Source of the DNA: Hydrolagus colliei
Taxonomy: Eukaryota
NCBI GenBank assembly: GCA_035084275.1
Contig: CM068748.1
Location: 4,278,001-4,342,000, forward strand
Reading direction: 5' to 3'
DNA length: 64,000 bases
How positions within the stretch are numbered: the first letter of the stretch is position 1; each line of letters starts with the position of its first letter. The notes below the pieces were generated by a model that did no database searches, had not been told where the DNA came from, and saw only the letters and a program-made list of their open reading frames with translations. Of the stretch, positions 13,546 through 27,515 are shown piece after piece. The position numbers and the translations under genes are program-made.

Positions 13546-14529
13546 TGGAGTAATATTATCTCTTCAAAATGAATAATTATTATAATTAATTTTCCTCTTC
13601 GCCTGGCATGAACAGAGGTGGAGTTTTACATGTTAGTGATCAAACAATGATTGCCAATACCCTGCCTTGATTTCCAAACTAATGCAATTTGTCTACAACA
13701 ATCTCACACAGGTTGCGGTTGAATTTGTCCTCATATCATTTGTGCCACAAGCAAGTATTCTGCAAAGTTAAAATATTTTTTTATTACAATGTCAACTAAA
13801 CTTTGCATTTACATGACAGCTCATTGCCACTTCATAAATTCACTGTAAATTGGATTTCACTGTCCTTACATCATCAGTTAACAAAGGAGAATACTGGACC
13901 TTACAACAGGGTCTGATTTCAAGTACTGTGTCAACCTCTTTATTTGATGACAATCAATTTTGACTGAATGATCAACCCCTGTGGAGGCAAATGTTTCTCA
14001 AAATAAACTGTGCCCCATTATATATATTACACTGGAATATTTTAACCAAAGGTTGTTATCCCTAAAGGCATCATGCACACTCTTTCCATAAAAAATGCTG
14101 TGCTCCCATCTTCAAATGTATTTTAAACCCCACACAACTTTTCATGATATAAAGTGCATGTAAAACCATAACAGTTTATTCCAACAGACTCCATAATGCA
14201 TAAATCTCTATTGATGACACCACTTTCAACTGAACTCACTCATACTAAATTAGAAAATATTGCTGTGTCCTTCTTACTTGCCTGGCTATCTTTCTCCATT
14301 TTCTTCTACTTCTCACTCAGTCATTGATTTACCCTGCACAATGCATGTACAGTATTACGCTTATGATTCATTTGACTTGACATGGATATAAGGAGGTAAC
14401 TGTGATTTCTATAACATAGTTCCAGAATGCGTTGTAGTTTCCTGTATTTCCTTTCCAGAAAACAGTCTGCCGGCATTATTTACCCCCAAAATTATGTTTT
14501 ATTCCATCAATATTAATGACAAAGCTTTT

Positions 14530-14785
14530 TATAATAATAATGCTTTGCATTTGATACAGCACCTAATCATGTCTTTGGGGTAGCTCAAAGAGCTTCACAG
14601 AATATACTGTACACTGAATGACTCTACAGTCGTGGATTGAGTGACCATATTTTTTAAAAGAGTTTATTACCTCCAGAAAAGCGATCAACTAATGAACGGG
14701 TTCCTACTTACAGCTTAGGTAAACAGCGACGTATGGAATAAGGAAATTTGTCCAAAGTTTCGCTCTGCTGGGAATCAAACCAATG
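14530..14785 (-). mobile_element. SINE, variant-body subfamily, near full length
   Basis: (taa)n tail, caaagagcttcacagaatatactgt, gggttcctactta..taggtaaacag and ctgctgggaatcaaacc; reverse complement of the 13393-type element plus tail. Confidence 0.85.
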
Positions 14786-17700
14786 TATGTAAAGGGTGTA
14801 TAATGTGCTTTTTAGGGCATAAATGTCATATGAATTCATTGTAAACTACATTACAGATATGATTTCCTACTTATATTCTTCATTCAGAAAAGTATAACTG
14901 TTTGAATTTATTCTTATTGTTTATGTTATTAAACACCAGATGCTGGTGCATTAGAAGTTGAACAAAACCGTGTGATTTGAGAATCTTGTAATTGAATAAT
15001 AAATTATCTAACCTCCAATCAAATTAAACTATTAAATCTTATACTTAAAACAGCTACAATTATATTTCCCTACTTAAAATTCATTTTGATTCAGCCCTCG
15101 TGCCCAGCCTCCATGTCATTTTCTAATAGTGTTAATTATAAAAGCTCCTGCCCATATTCTACTGTGAACTGGGCAGTAAAATATATTCTTATAACGATAA
15201 TCAATATTATTAATAAACTAATATCCTCGATAAGGCACAATATTAACATTACCAATACTTCTTAAATCTCTTCTGTCTGCGAGACAACTTTTCAACACTC
15301 GCCTACCCCTCTAGAGTTTTCAAAATAGAGTATTATTTACTGAGAGTGTGAACATGTACATTTCCTGAAAATTGAAATGCAAATGCATTTCACTTACAAA
15401 GCAGCTAAGATTTCTATTAGTGTCTAAATATTATGTTTTCTAAATGTTGTCAAATCACAGTATACAGTATTAATATTTGCATTTTTATAGACAATTATTT
15501 TTTTCTCCATCAAGGGTCAGGAAAACCCTTCTACAATGGATCACTGAGTCCTTTTTATTCATTGGTTGTTAATGTCTTATTACAGATGAGACCAATCTGC
15601 AGGTTTTGAAATAGAGCAGATTCTAATAAATTATCGTTTACTTATGCTTTTAAAGCACTAAATACGTAATAAATCCACACCATCATGAAAATCAAGCTAA
15701 AATGTTTGAAAAAAATTAAATTTGTTCAATTTGGGGTCAAGGTTGAGCAGCTAAATATATTTGAAAAATCATCTACTTATTTTTCCTTATGCATAGCCAA
15801 ACATAATATAAATGCCACTGTAGAAAAACACTCATTGAATGAAAAAGGGGAGCAAGGAAAATAACAAATGTCACGTGACAAAAGGTATTTATTTTGAATC
15901 AAAACATTTTTCTCTTGCTTTCTAATGTAAATTTCATTCTGGAATGAATACTCATGGATTAAAAAAGGCACCAAGCAAGATAACAAAGAAATACACTATG
16001 ATGAAAATGAAACAGTACCAACCTTGTATTTATAATCACTGTGGTAACCTTTAATATGATGTAAGTGTTTTAGTGGATTTTATTTTTTTGTCAACAAAAA
16101 AATTGTATTTTAAATGTTTAATTTAAGTCATTTGGCACCGGGAATGTAATTTATTTCCAGCTCCTTTTCCTTTTTGGACATGGCACAAATTCAAGTGCTT
16201 TGGAACCAGGTTCAGCCAGGATTACCAAAACACAAATGGGACATATCACAGGGGGGTCATTTTCTAAAAAACATGGAACCAAACAAGTGGTCCTCAAGCC
16301 AAAAGGGAACAGAGTCTGCTCAGGATGAATGCCAGATCTACAACCACCCTCCCTCTACCTTTCCAATTCTCAGCCCTGCTTAATTATGATTAATTGCTGC
16401 ATGGATAATCAGATACAGCTTCAAAGGTTGGCCATGACAGCCCAAGGACACCGGGGAAGAAGCAAGGTAAGTATTCATGAGGAAACCGGGTCTCTTCTTC
16501 AGCCTGTAACCTCACTTATTTTAACAATTCCAAATAGAATTAATAAGAACATTATATGGTTCAGGTACTTGGGGAATAGATTCGACTGCACAATTTCTAC
16601 TGCTGTCATTTTTAGAGCTCCTGTCAATAATTTCATGTTTGCGTGCCTTTCTCTGAATGACAGCAGTTTTAACTTTCTGTTTTATGTCTGTGCTTTCTGG
16701 GTGGCAAAGCATGATCAGAAAATAAAAAAAATCACTTCAAGGTTGCATTCATGATATAGCATTTAATAGACTGCTGTATTTCACCCCCTTTATTTTTATT
16801 TCATGCGCTCAATTCAGCACAGTATGAAAACTGGAAGATTTTGACTTGCCAGCCTTTCCCTCAATTTAAATCCCTTTGGCAAAGGCATTGATCACAGTAT
16901 GCCATTTCCAACCTAACAGAACTGCTAGGCCTCGTTCAAGTTGTATTATTACTAGGAGGCAAATCCCTAGGTTCCAGGCGCCAGTATTCCTGCTTTGGCT
17001 CCCTTCCCAGTATTGTTCCCTGCGTTACATACCAGAGTGCCTCTCAACCAGTTAATGTCTACTATGGGAGGTCTGATTATCCAGGGCTCAGAGCTGGACT
17101 TGGTTAAGGAATCCAAAACACCAACTTGTCTTGGAAAGATGATTTTTTTAAAATTTACATAGAGTTGCGTTATACTTTAATCTGCCTTTGAATTAATACT
17201 GTACTACAGTGAAACTATAATTTTTGAAAGATCGCTATACCTGTAGTTACTTTCTTATATTCCCAGTCCTTAACATCAAGTCATTTTCGACCTGAGATCA
17301 CCAAAGTTATTATTTTCACACTGATCTTTACTAGTGACAGTTTATATCTGTTTCAAGTTTGCATTACTTTTATACATATATATGTATAAAGACACGATGT
17401 GTAAGCACTTTTCAAAAAGTTCATTGCAATTATAAAGAAATAGCGGTTGGATTAACTGCCCAACAGTGAAAAAAGTTGTATAAATCTTTCATGTTGCACA
17501 AATTGTACAGCCTAAATTTGTTTCTTTTCTGCATTGGTGTCAGAATGACCTTATAGCTCATCTCAAATGACGAAAATTCAGTTCAGCGTTAAATAAAAAA
17601 GCCCTCAAAGCTACAGTTCTTCACAGTTGCCACATTTGCTTCATATTATAGTCAAGAGATAAAGAGACCATTTATTAAATGATTTTCTTCCAAGCACCGT

Positions 17701-20700
17701 CAATTCTGAAAATATTCCAGATTTTGCATTGGAATCAAGGTATGAAATGTGAAGCTTATATATTTATGTGGCTGATTCAGTCCCTTACCACTGGCTTTTT
17801 ACTAGTGCCAAAATTAAAATTTGGGGCAAAATTAAAGGTCAGTGACACAGTCCCTCTTCACCAGCGACCATGATCAGCCAAGAACGCAGGAAGCCTATGA
17901 CTTGTCATTAAGCTTCTGGCAATATCACACTGTAACTGGCTCCTGTTAAGCAAGGCGTGGGTGGCTCAACTTCCCATTTCCCTCACTTGTTGTGGGTAGG
18001 TGCCCAGCTTCACTCTCAAAAGGCACTCTGATGGCCCTGATACGATTGAGAACATTGTGTGTGAAAAATAGGCAAAAGCCAATGTCCCGAAGTGACTGGT
18101 GCATTTATTCAGTTTATCTTAAGCAAACTAAACATTCCTGAAATTGACCTCCACTGCAAAATAGAGCCTCATAATGGATGGCTTCCGGAAGCCGCTTTAA
18201 TATAGGTGCATTCCTTTGCTCTTACCTATGGGTTAGAAACAATAACTTTACAGAAACTAACGTGCACACTTAGAAATTAAGAGAACTTCCATAAACTCAT
18301 GCGCACTGTACTTATTTTGCAATTTATTTGAGATGTGTATTGCTGCCATGTGACATATGGACCAGTAAAAAATCTGTGATAAAATAGGACTTGTTACTTT
18401 TTGTTATGCCTTCTATGATCATTGATAAACTAAAGAAAGTGACTGCACATGCTAATCCTTCACCTTATATTTCTGCTTGTGTAAGAAGGCATACTTTATG
18501 CTAAATGGGCGAAGAAAGATTTCTTAAATGCCTCACAATCAGTTCATCAAAACCACTAATTCATTGATGCTTATTATAACATACTCATTTTGCAGTACTT
18601 CAAATTGCAGACTTTAAAATTAGGAGAAAAAATTACATGTAATTACTAGGAAGTGAACAACACCTTAAAGATGTACAAGATAAGTTCAATTAGTTACATT
18701 AACAAACTGGCATTTGTTATCTGCCTGAGCAAAATTCTGCAATTCTTAAAGCCGACAGTTTTCCAGAAACAACAAGCTATCTTCACTTCTTCTTAATACC
18801 TTGTATAAGACAATCTGAGGAATATTATTTTAAGGTCTTATAAACAAATTTAATATATTTATGATTCATGTCAGCACCTATGTCACCACATTCTTCCAAC
18901 CCATGCATTTCAACTTCATGATTCGTTTCAATTTAGGAATGTCAATGGAGTCAGTGTTTGGGGAATCATAACACGTTTAATCCTTTTCTCTTTTAAAACT
19001 TTAAAAAGTAAAATATTTGCCACTGAATGCTGAATTATAGGTCGGACCTGTACCATAAATTCAAAATGTTGAGGTCATTTATAATATGATGTGTTGTAAG
19101 GGAATTTCATTATGTTTAAAAGAATGTAAAATGTGTCAATTTGATTCAAATGAGAAGTATATTAAAACCATGTTTGATGTTCACGTGTAATAAATCTCTA
19201 ACAGTCTTCTGTAAAAGATTCTGGAAACCCACAGGGAATCTATCGTTATGATGGTGACACATTTTGAACTGGAATTTTTTGTTGTTGAAATTTACCATAT
19301 GGGAAATGGACAGTTAAGGAGGTAGCCCAACATAGCAATTTGGTGAATGAACTATATTTCCTGTATAAGCTCGAAGGTGGAATAAAGCGTGACTATTGAC
19401 AAGACATTATGTCAATGTAAAGTATAATCTCAGAAGTCTTAGGAGCAATGTGGTTTTAGTTCTTTCATTTACCTCCCCTTGTCATTTATTTCATTATAAT
19501 TATTAGCATCAAATATCCCAGAAAGCGGTTCTGTTTTATACATTCCAAGATTTGAGCAAAGGGACAAAATAGAAACTCTGTTCCAACATATAGTTGCATC
19601 TATTTCTCTGCACAATATCCTTATAACATTTAGCCATTGTGGTGCTTCTAAGCACGGAGTACTGTGTTCAGATATTTTAGAATTACCTGGGTACATGTAC
19701 TATTGGAGGCAATTTGATGTACATTTACATTTGCGCATTTTACACAGTACAGCCTAAGATTGTATTAGTATACTTAAAAACTGGAATCCATTATGTTGAG
19801 AACAGTGAAGCAGTCTTACTTTTTAATAATTTTTTTTATCCACTAGAATGCAGTGAAACTACTGAGTTCAAACAAGTTATGTTGATGTAACCAAATTAAT
19901 CCACAATTTAAGTTTACAAACAATATACATGACTAAGAACTAATGTAGTGAAAAGGTATTGTAATTGGATGTAAGTTTGCTCTTACACAATAACACCTAC
20001 ACAAGGAAGCATATGAGATGGAATATGGAGAGGATTATCTGAGACGTGAAAGGCGATCTTATATTCTCTTGATGTAAGAAAGATGTGAACCAATTGGATA
20101 GTTGATTGCTGCTAACTATAAAATCTCTTCATCAATGCATTTTACAGTCATACCATTACAGAACATTGTTATTGCAGACCTCCTGTTATACGAAACCTTT
20201 TCCTGACCATGATTGAAGTTCCATTAGGGTCAGCAGAGCAGATCAAACGTCGATAAAATGACTTCCTGATAAAACCACTTTGATGATTCAGAAGTGTTTA
20301 GCAACAATGTTTAACTGTACTCACTTAGCATGGATGCTAATACATATTCATATGAATGTGTGATGATGTGTGTCTATTTATTACTGTTGGGAAAATATTT
20401 TATTAAATCAGCTTCTTTCTTTACTCCATTTTTATTGGTGCCCAGGACACCAGATAATGTGGGAGTCAAAGGTATGAATGGGCATATGTTTTGGTTCTGC
20501 CCTAATCTCATCAAATTATGAACTAACATCTCAAATGCAATACACTAGAATAATGTTGTCAAGTTTCATTACTTGTATATGCTATTATGAAGGGGTTGAT
20601 ACTGCACACACATGATTTTTGCTAGTGAGAGCCGGGAGGCATAATCCCATTTTCCTGAAGGTCAGTTCCATAGTGCCTTCATTTTGGGGAGATGTTAGCA

Positions 20701-20809
20701 AAAGAATGCATTGACTTTACCATTAAGACTTCTTGCTTTTAGAAGACTTGATTTCTCCCTCTCTCCAATGTTTAATTATACGGAGCGGTGCATAGACAGC
20801 CCAGTGAAA

Positions 20810-21260
20810 TGAATTGAAATTCCTCACAATAATGGGAACAAAGTAACTGGATGAAATTAAGAATGCTTTGAGGAAGTGGGGTGAAGAGGAGCAGGGATTT
20901 AGAATTCTGGGTTGGGTATATAAAGCTGTGAGGAAGACCATGGAATAAGAGATGGCAGCCAAGAGCTCACATGGGATGCACCTGGATAGATTACTGACAA
21001 TCATGTTCAATGTAGACAAATGAAAGATTTTTCATATAGGAAGTAAAAATAGGAAGCACATGTACTCGATGAATGAGAAAGAGCTCGAGGAGCTGGAAGT
21101 TGACAGAGATTTAGAGTTGTTAGTTAATTCAGCGCTCACAAAGCTCAGACAGTGTGAAACAGCAACAAACAAGGGAAACAGGATGGACAAATCATTTGGG
21201 TTCCAGAAGTTATGTTCAAGCTGTACATCATACCTGGAGTATTGTGAACACTGAACAGTT
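20810..21260 (+). mobile_element. CR1 LINE ORF2 fragment
   Basis: Translation MFNVDK*KIFHIGSKN..YSMNEKEL..DLELLV..QCETATNKGNRM..YLEYC matches CR1 M.FN..KC.V.H.G..N / E.DLGV / QC..A..KAN.M / HLEYC. Confidence 0.85.
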
Positions 21261-21809
21261 TTGATTACTTTTTTGTTTGGTCAACCGGGTGTCTGACATT
21301 TGAAGAAAACCAACACGATGCTTAAACCAAGATGAAATTTCCATGCATCCCACCTACACATGGAAATCCAAGAGACAGATTGTTGCAATGGAATGTGCAC
21401 CCTCCCTAACCTTAAGAGGGACTGACACATCCTGCTTACCTTATTCTGGAAAATATTAAGTGCAGGTTGGCAAGAGCCATGGCTTGGGAACCTCAGAATG
21501 CGCACTGGGGTAACTGCTGGAGTCTAACCAGCTAAACCCGCAAAACCTTGCTATTGATATTGCTGTTCAGCAAACTTTCCCACTGCCTGTCAAGCTAGGA
21601 TCACCCGCCAATCAGGGATTTGGCTTGCAAGGATATCATGCAATATATGTGGGATGACTCCCTGACCCCAGTGACTAGTCTGCCCTTTCAGATCCAGCCA
21701 AAGAGCCAGGCTGACTGTGTTGCCATCAGCAGTGCCCTGGAATACTGTGGACCCACCTGGCTCAGGAACCGACTACCGGGTAAATCCAAAATAATACTTT
21801 AATATTTTC

Positions 21810-21965
21810 CAAGACAGTAGGACAGGAAGACACAGGAGCATCACGAAGAAAATGTTTAAGGCAGAAGTATTTCTTCACAAGAGTAATTTTAACATCTTTT
21901 ATCAGATAGTCATCAAGGGCCAGGCAGTTTAATTGAAATATGAAGACAGTACAGTTTCTATTCTA
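21810..21965 (+). mobile_element. CR1 LINE 3' remnant
   Basis: ggaagacacagg..aggcagaagtatttcttcacaagag resembles TRGH..R..FF..RV; collinear with the 20810-21260 fragment. Confidence 0.45.
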
Positions 21966-24959
21966 GAAGAAGACATCTGAATCTTTCTTATGATTTTGTA
22001 AACTGCACAGTTCCTATACATCGAGGACTTTTAATAACATTATAACCCATGCTTAAAATATATAGCATTTAAGAAATTATTCTCATTAAAGTATAATTGT
22101 TGTGAACTAACAAAAAGGGAATGCAAGTCAAAATCACAATTGTTTGAATTATATTATATCGCAAATAATCGTATATATCATGTAATACTTATATTAGATA
22201 TTTCTTGTTGCAATCATATATAAACTATACAACATATTATCAAGATTGGACCATATTAACAACTGAGTTTAATGTATCTTAAGAATATTTCTTCAATATT
22301 CATGCCATTTTTAAATAAAATATTACTAAATAAATGCACTTTAGATATTCATGCTGCTTATAACTTATTTATGGATCAGTTCTGAGAGGTCCCTTCAGAA
22401 ACATATAGGTCTGAGCTAAATGTGAAACCAGGTACCTGTATATATATCTATTTTCCAATGTGATTTCACGCACTAGCATTTGTATTCCACTTTACGTTAT
22501 GTTCTGTACAGTCCATAGAGATATATCTGTTGCTGAAAAGCAAATTAGAATTTACAATGCATTATGAAACTATTGTGACATGGTTAAACATAGGACTGTC
22601 CAGAATAAATAATTTATAATTGAGTAATTCAATTTACATTTGAATCAATTACAAATGAAATTACTGATCAGTGACTTATCATCATGCCAGTACTGGCATG
22701 GTTTTCAGTATTGCACACACATTTGATCCAATTGTTCAGATGGTGTTCTACAGGAGACAGTTGGCATTGTTATGCTTGTAAAACAAACACTATAGTGCAT
22801 TTCAGATCTTCACTTTATTAGCTGGACAACTGACATTTGTATCAGCCAGAATTTGCAATCTAAAACAAGCTGGATTTGGTTCAGTGTGTTGATAGTGCCT
22901 CACTGTGCAAGACTTTAAATCCAGATTTAATTTGAAATATATATTTGATGTTATTTGTGATTAAATAATACAGCTGTCATTTTGCTAATCAATAGACATT
23001 GTGATCAATTAGTATAACCCAGCCTTTCAGGATTTGTTAAACTTAGAACACAACTTCATCTCTGATAAGCCAGTCAAGGCTAATGTGGTCACATCAATAT
23101 CATTGGGAGCACTACGTTCAGTCGCGCTCCCTTTATATACGTGTGCCATGAACTAGTCAAGATAGCATGCTACCTGGTCAACTGGTATAAATCTGAAAGA
23201 ATAGATGGAAAAAATCTTTACTGTTTCAAATGAAACAAAATGACATCCTTGATTCTGCTGGGGAATCCAAACCAGTTGGGAATGCTAAATATGTTAGCAA
23301 TCAAGCTTCATAAGTGCGTAGCAACAAAAATTTTTGCCATCTTTATTGCAATCCACCAAATACTCTAATTTAACTGTTTATCGTTGTATAGCCTGAATAT
23401 CTTGTTAACAAAAAAGAATCAAGGTTTTAGCACAAAGATATCCTGAAAAGCTTTCAAGGTTATTGACCCTTTAAAATGTACCTTGATGGGCTGGCTCTGC
23501 TGCTGTTAGGCGGTTAGGAAGTATGACATTATCATAATTTTTTAGACTTTGGTTCTCAAAGGAACAGAAGATGAAGGCTCCTCTCTAAATTTTGATAGCA
23601 AGAGCTGCATTTTTAATTTAAAAAACTGTACAAATGGATTTGATGCCATGCCAAATTAAATTTTACTTCTTTGGATTTAAAACATTTTAAAAATTGATGG
23701 CAAATGTGTGAATTTTTTAAAACTTTGCACTCAAAGTTCTTTAATTTGTATAGCATTAGTTATTTGTAGCACAAAATCTACAGAATTCCATTTCTGAACT
23801 CTCACAAACAACAACCTTCTTTTAGGCAAACTTGTAATTCAGGTCCTGGTGGTCACAATGTACTGGAACTCAGCTGAGCATCGAGACATTAAAAAATGCT
23901 ATGGGAAGCAGATGGACATGGTAAATATGTCACCATGCTTATTTATATTATTACTTGAATTCCTTTGCGTTGATATCGAAAACGATCAGTTCTGATTTTG
24001 TTGAAAATTCAGTTGAATACCAATATATTTCTATATGCATCAGAGAGATTTGTGTTCTGTTGCCAAGTTAGAAAACCCCCATCAAATCTAGTAATTCACT
24101 TACTAATCCACAGCTTGAAAAATGTCCACATTCTGCCCTCCATCACAGTGTGTATAAATATCAATGTGGTGGAATGAAACTGTCCCTCTTGTTTCTTTTC
24201 TTTGACATCTCCATATCCTTAACAATGCTTTAATCCAGAGGTTCTCAAACTATAAGGTACATCTCCCTGGGATCTCCCTGGGGAGTGCGACGAGGGAGAG
24301 CACCAGTAACACATCTCTCAACAGACCTGGCTTTCCTGCATCCCAGCAAAGCCTACCCTGACAACCAAATTCCCGCGACACTTATCTCACAGTGGTATAA
24401 TCTTCAGCATTGTGTTGTATTGATCTTATCTTTGCACTGGCCTTCAACTGTTCGCACAGCTTTCTCACCTGCGTGATCAACATGTTGTAGAGACTAACAC
24501 AGTTGACCCAGTGCATCACTTGGGACCAGGGCATGGCCTGACTGTCCACTATGTTCATTGCGGATGGTACAGATAATGAAAACAATTCTGCCTGAATGGC
24601 ATCATATTTTCTGTGGTATCCTGTATGCCTGATGGACTTAGCCTCAACCTCCTCGCCTTCCCTCAACATATCCTCCTTGCTTCATCACTGTGTTCCATTT
24701 GTACTCTGCCATTGATATGGATGTACAGTACATTTATGCTGGAGAAACCCAGCAGGTGATTATTGCCTTGTTGTCATCATTGATTAAGCTCCAGAACCTT
24801 GATCTAAAAACAGCTACATTGCTGCCATTAGTTTTCTAATCTTCCAGAGTCCAACAATCTCAAACCACAATTTCCCTGCATTCATGTTTTGGTGTGAAAA
24901 TCTTGTGCCACCAGTGTCCAGCTTACTTATAGTAATTATGTTCATAGAATGTAATTTCA

Positions 24960-25295
24960 ATAACAACAGAAACACCTTGTACTTATATAGCACCCTCTAT
25001 GTAGGGTAGTATCTCACAACGCTTAACAATGATGGAGCCTGACTCCGAGCCTGGGTGGGTTGGAGGTGGCAGCAAGCACGGTCGAAGAGGAAGGTTTTCA
25101 TGTGGGACTCGAAAAACAGGAGAGAGGGGCAAGGCGGAGGAATTGACTGAGCGCAGGAGCTGAAACTGCGACCTCCGATGGTGGGGCAGAGGGTGCGAGG
25201 GACGAGCAGAAAGCTGATGCCAGTCGAGCGGAGACGCCAGGTGGTGGATTGGGGATTGAGTAGTTCGGAGACATAAGGAGGTGCTAGGTTCAACC
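24960..25295 (-). mobile_element. L2 LINE 3' end
   Basis: Minus ORF NLAPPYVSELLNP..RLRSTG..LLVPRT..GGRSFS..KTFLF is typical of the L2 ORF2 C-terminus; followed by an L2 tail and (caa)n-like end. Confidence 0.9.
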
Positions 25296-25849
25296 ATTTG
25301 ATGCTGACATTCTGCCTTTAAAAGTATATTGCAGAAAGTTATAAGCGCTTTTATTAATAGTATTCTGTAAATATCTTAAAAAGGTCACCCTGTTATATGC
25401 AGTCTTGGTATTGTAATTTTGCTGAAAAAGGGGCACATTAAATTACATTTGGATTCATATAACAATAATATAACACTATTATTTTTATTTAATCTGATAA
25501 CATGCTCTTTGTTTTATTTTAACCTTGAGAAATAGAAACAGCAATATTAATATCAATGTGGATGAAATTGTAATTAGAAAGTCCTATGATATACAATCTA
25601 TGCATTTTTCAGTATTCACCAGCTAAGATTCTGGAATCACCTTGGGTTTTTAAAAAGCTAGGTCTTAAGGTCTGATTTCCCACTGACCAGAATGGAGATT
25701 TCTCTACCCACTGAGCAGTTCACCACCAAGGCTAAGAAAATAGAGATTGCCTCAGCATCTCCAATACTGAAGGCTGATGGTGTGTCACCCTCAGACCATT
25801 TAAGCAATCCATTAAGCAAACCAACAAGGACAAAATGTGCCCACTGCAA

Positions 25850-26190
25850 CAACAGGGTGGGAGGAGGTGACTGTGAGCACAGTTAAAGAGGAAGGTCTTC
25901 AAGTGTGATCTGAAAAAGTTGAAGGAGTTGAAGCAAGGTGGAGGAATTGAGGGAGAGAATTCCAAATTTGAAAGCCTGGCTATCGATGGTGGAATGAACG
26001 GAGGAGACGAAGGACAAGCAGGAGGCTGGAGCCAGCCAACAACAACAAAATTACATTTTTAGAGCGTCTTTCAAGTCGGGAGGACCAGCCAAACAGAGGT
26101 GGCTGGCGTTTGAGTGGGGAGTAAGTAGATCAGAGTGGTAGGGAGGAGTCAGGTGTGATGGGACTTGGAGACAAGTTAAGATGAATACTC
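25850..26190 (-). mobile_element. L2 LINE 3' fragment
   Basis: Minus strand reads PPYHSDLLTP..HL and FRSHLKTFLF; homologous to 24960-25295 and 47460-48135. Confidence 0.8.
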
Positions 26191-26774
26191 CTCCCTTATT
26201 TTGGTAGTAAAGTTTCACAGTGAAATATGTTTGGCAAATCTCATCCCAGTGAGTTAAAGGATGTGACATGTCCTCGACTGGAGTAGTCAGTAAAGTACAT
26301 CCATTGGTCTCATCCTTTATAATGCCATAAGGATCCTTCAGCTATGCCAGAGTCTTGCTTCACAATCCACACTAATAGGTATATTATGGATATTCTCGTC
26401 AAACTAAAGCTTGATTATTGAAAGCATTCATTATTGAAAACAACCAGATTTAATTGCCATAAACTGATTAATCCAATGTTCTGCAGCAGGCAAAATAAGT
26501 GAAAATAATTAGTACATTACACCATGAGCAATAGCATTTTGCACCAGGGTTTGTTTTCTTTCAAATTAATTTTGAAAATAAATATGTAACCTTGTTTATT
26601 ATTTTTATTAACAATACTTCTGTAATTATCCCCTTCCCCCCTCTGATAACTGGATAGTACAGCATTGTGCACGTTCCATGTAAATAGTAAGATGTAGATT
26701 TGTAAATATATCTACCCTGGAGGGTAGTCACTGTCCCACAGGAAGGTAGAATAAATCAGAGGGGAGTCTCACAC

Positions 26775-26885
26775 AACTCCAAACTGCCAGCTACAGATCA
26801 TGGCAGCAGATCCTCACAACTGGGAAAGATGTGTGGAGCAGGGAGTGAAGGCGGAAGAAAAACAATGCAAGAACACTTGGGGAAA
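26775..26885 (+). mobile_element. RTE-clade LINE C-terminal fragment
   Basis: MAADPHNWERCVEQGVKAEE resembles the RTE ORF end motif A.DR..WR..V..GV...E. Confidence 0.5.
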
Positions 26886-27004
26886 ACATATTATGTATAA
26901 GATATGTAGAAGGCAATGGAGGAAATATTCCATAATGACGGGACTGTATAAACCCTCAGCGATGTTGACGGTTTGGTCATCTGAGAATATTTTTTGCATT
27001 CCAC

Positions 27005-27316
27005 AATAATAATTATCCTTGAATTTTGATACAGCACTTTTCACGTCGTCTAGACATCTCAAAGCGCTTCACAGAATATACTGCAAAGTAAATTGACTGT
27101 ATATTTGTGAGTGAAACGCGCCAGGGAATTGCACACAGCAGTGTCCCACAAACAGTCATGGCTTGAAATGACCAATTTATTTTTGTTTTCTAGAGATTAT
27201 TATCAGGTGCATGGAGTAAGGAAACTTGCCAAAGGTTATGCCCTGCTGGAAAGCAAATCCAGGTTTCTCGCTTATTGAGTGAGTGCTTTAACCACTGAGC
27301 TACAGGACTCCACACA
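27005..27316 (-). mobile_element. Full-length tRNA-derived SINE
   Basis: Reverse complement of 4741-5055, from the (aat)n tail to gtgctttaaccactgagctacaggactccac. Confidence 0.9.
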
Positions 27317-27437
27317 ATCAGGACTCCTTGCAATCAATATGTGACATATTTAAATCTTCATCATTTCAATTTGTAAGATAGCTCTTTAGAAATACAGAGC
27401 TGTAACCTACAGCATTAGGTGAGGGAATGCTACAAAG

Positions 27438-27515
27438 TTGGAGTCTTGTAGCTTAGTACTTAGAGCTATCGACTCGCAAATGAGAGGACCTGGGTTTGAA
27501 TCCTGGGCAGGGATT
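27438..27515 (+). mobile_element. SINE tRNA-like head only
   Basis: ggagtcttgtagcttagt..gactcgcaaatgagaggacctgggtttgaatcctgggcagg with A- and B-box remnants. Confidence 0.7.

Noticed and set aside
24236-24252. cagaggttctcaaact, a hAT/Charlie-like terminal repeat (similar at ~7878)
   Set aside because: No matching partner inverted repeat or target-site duplication found.
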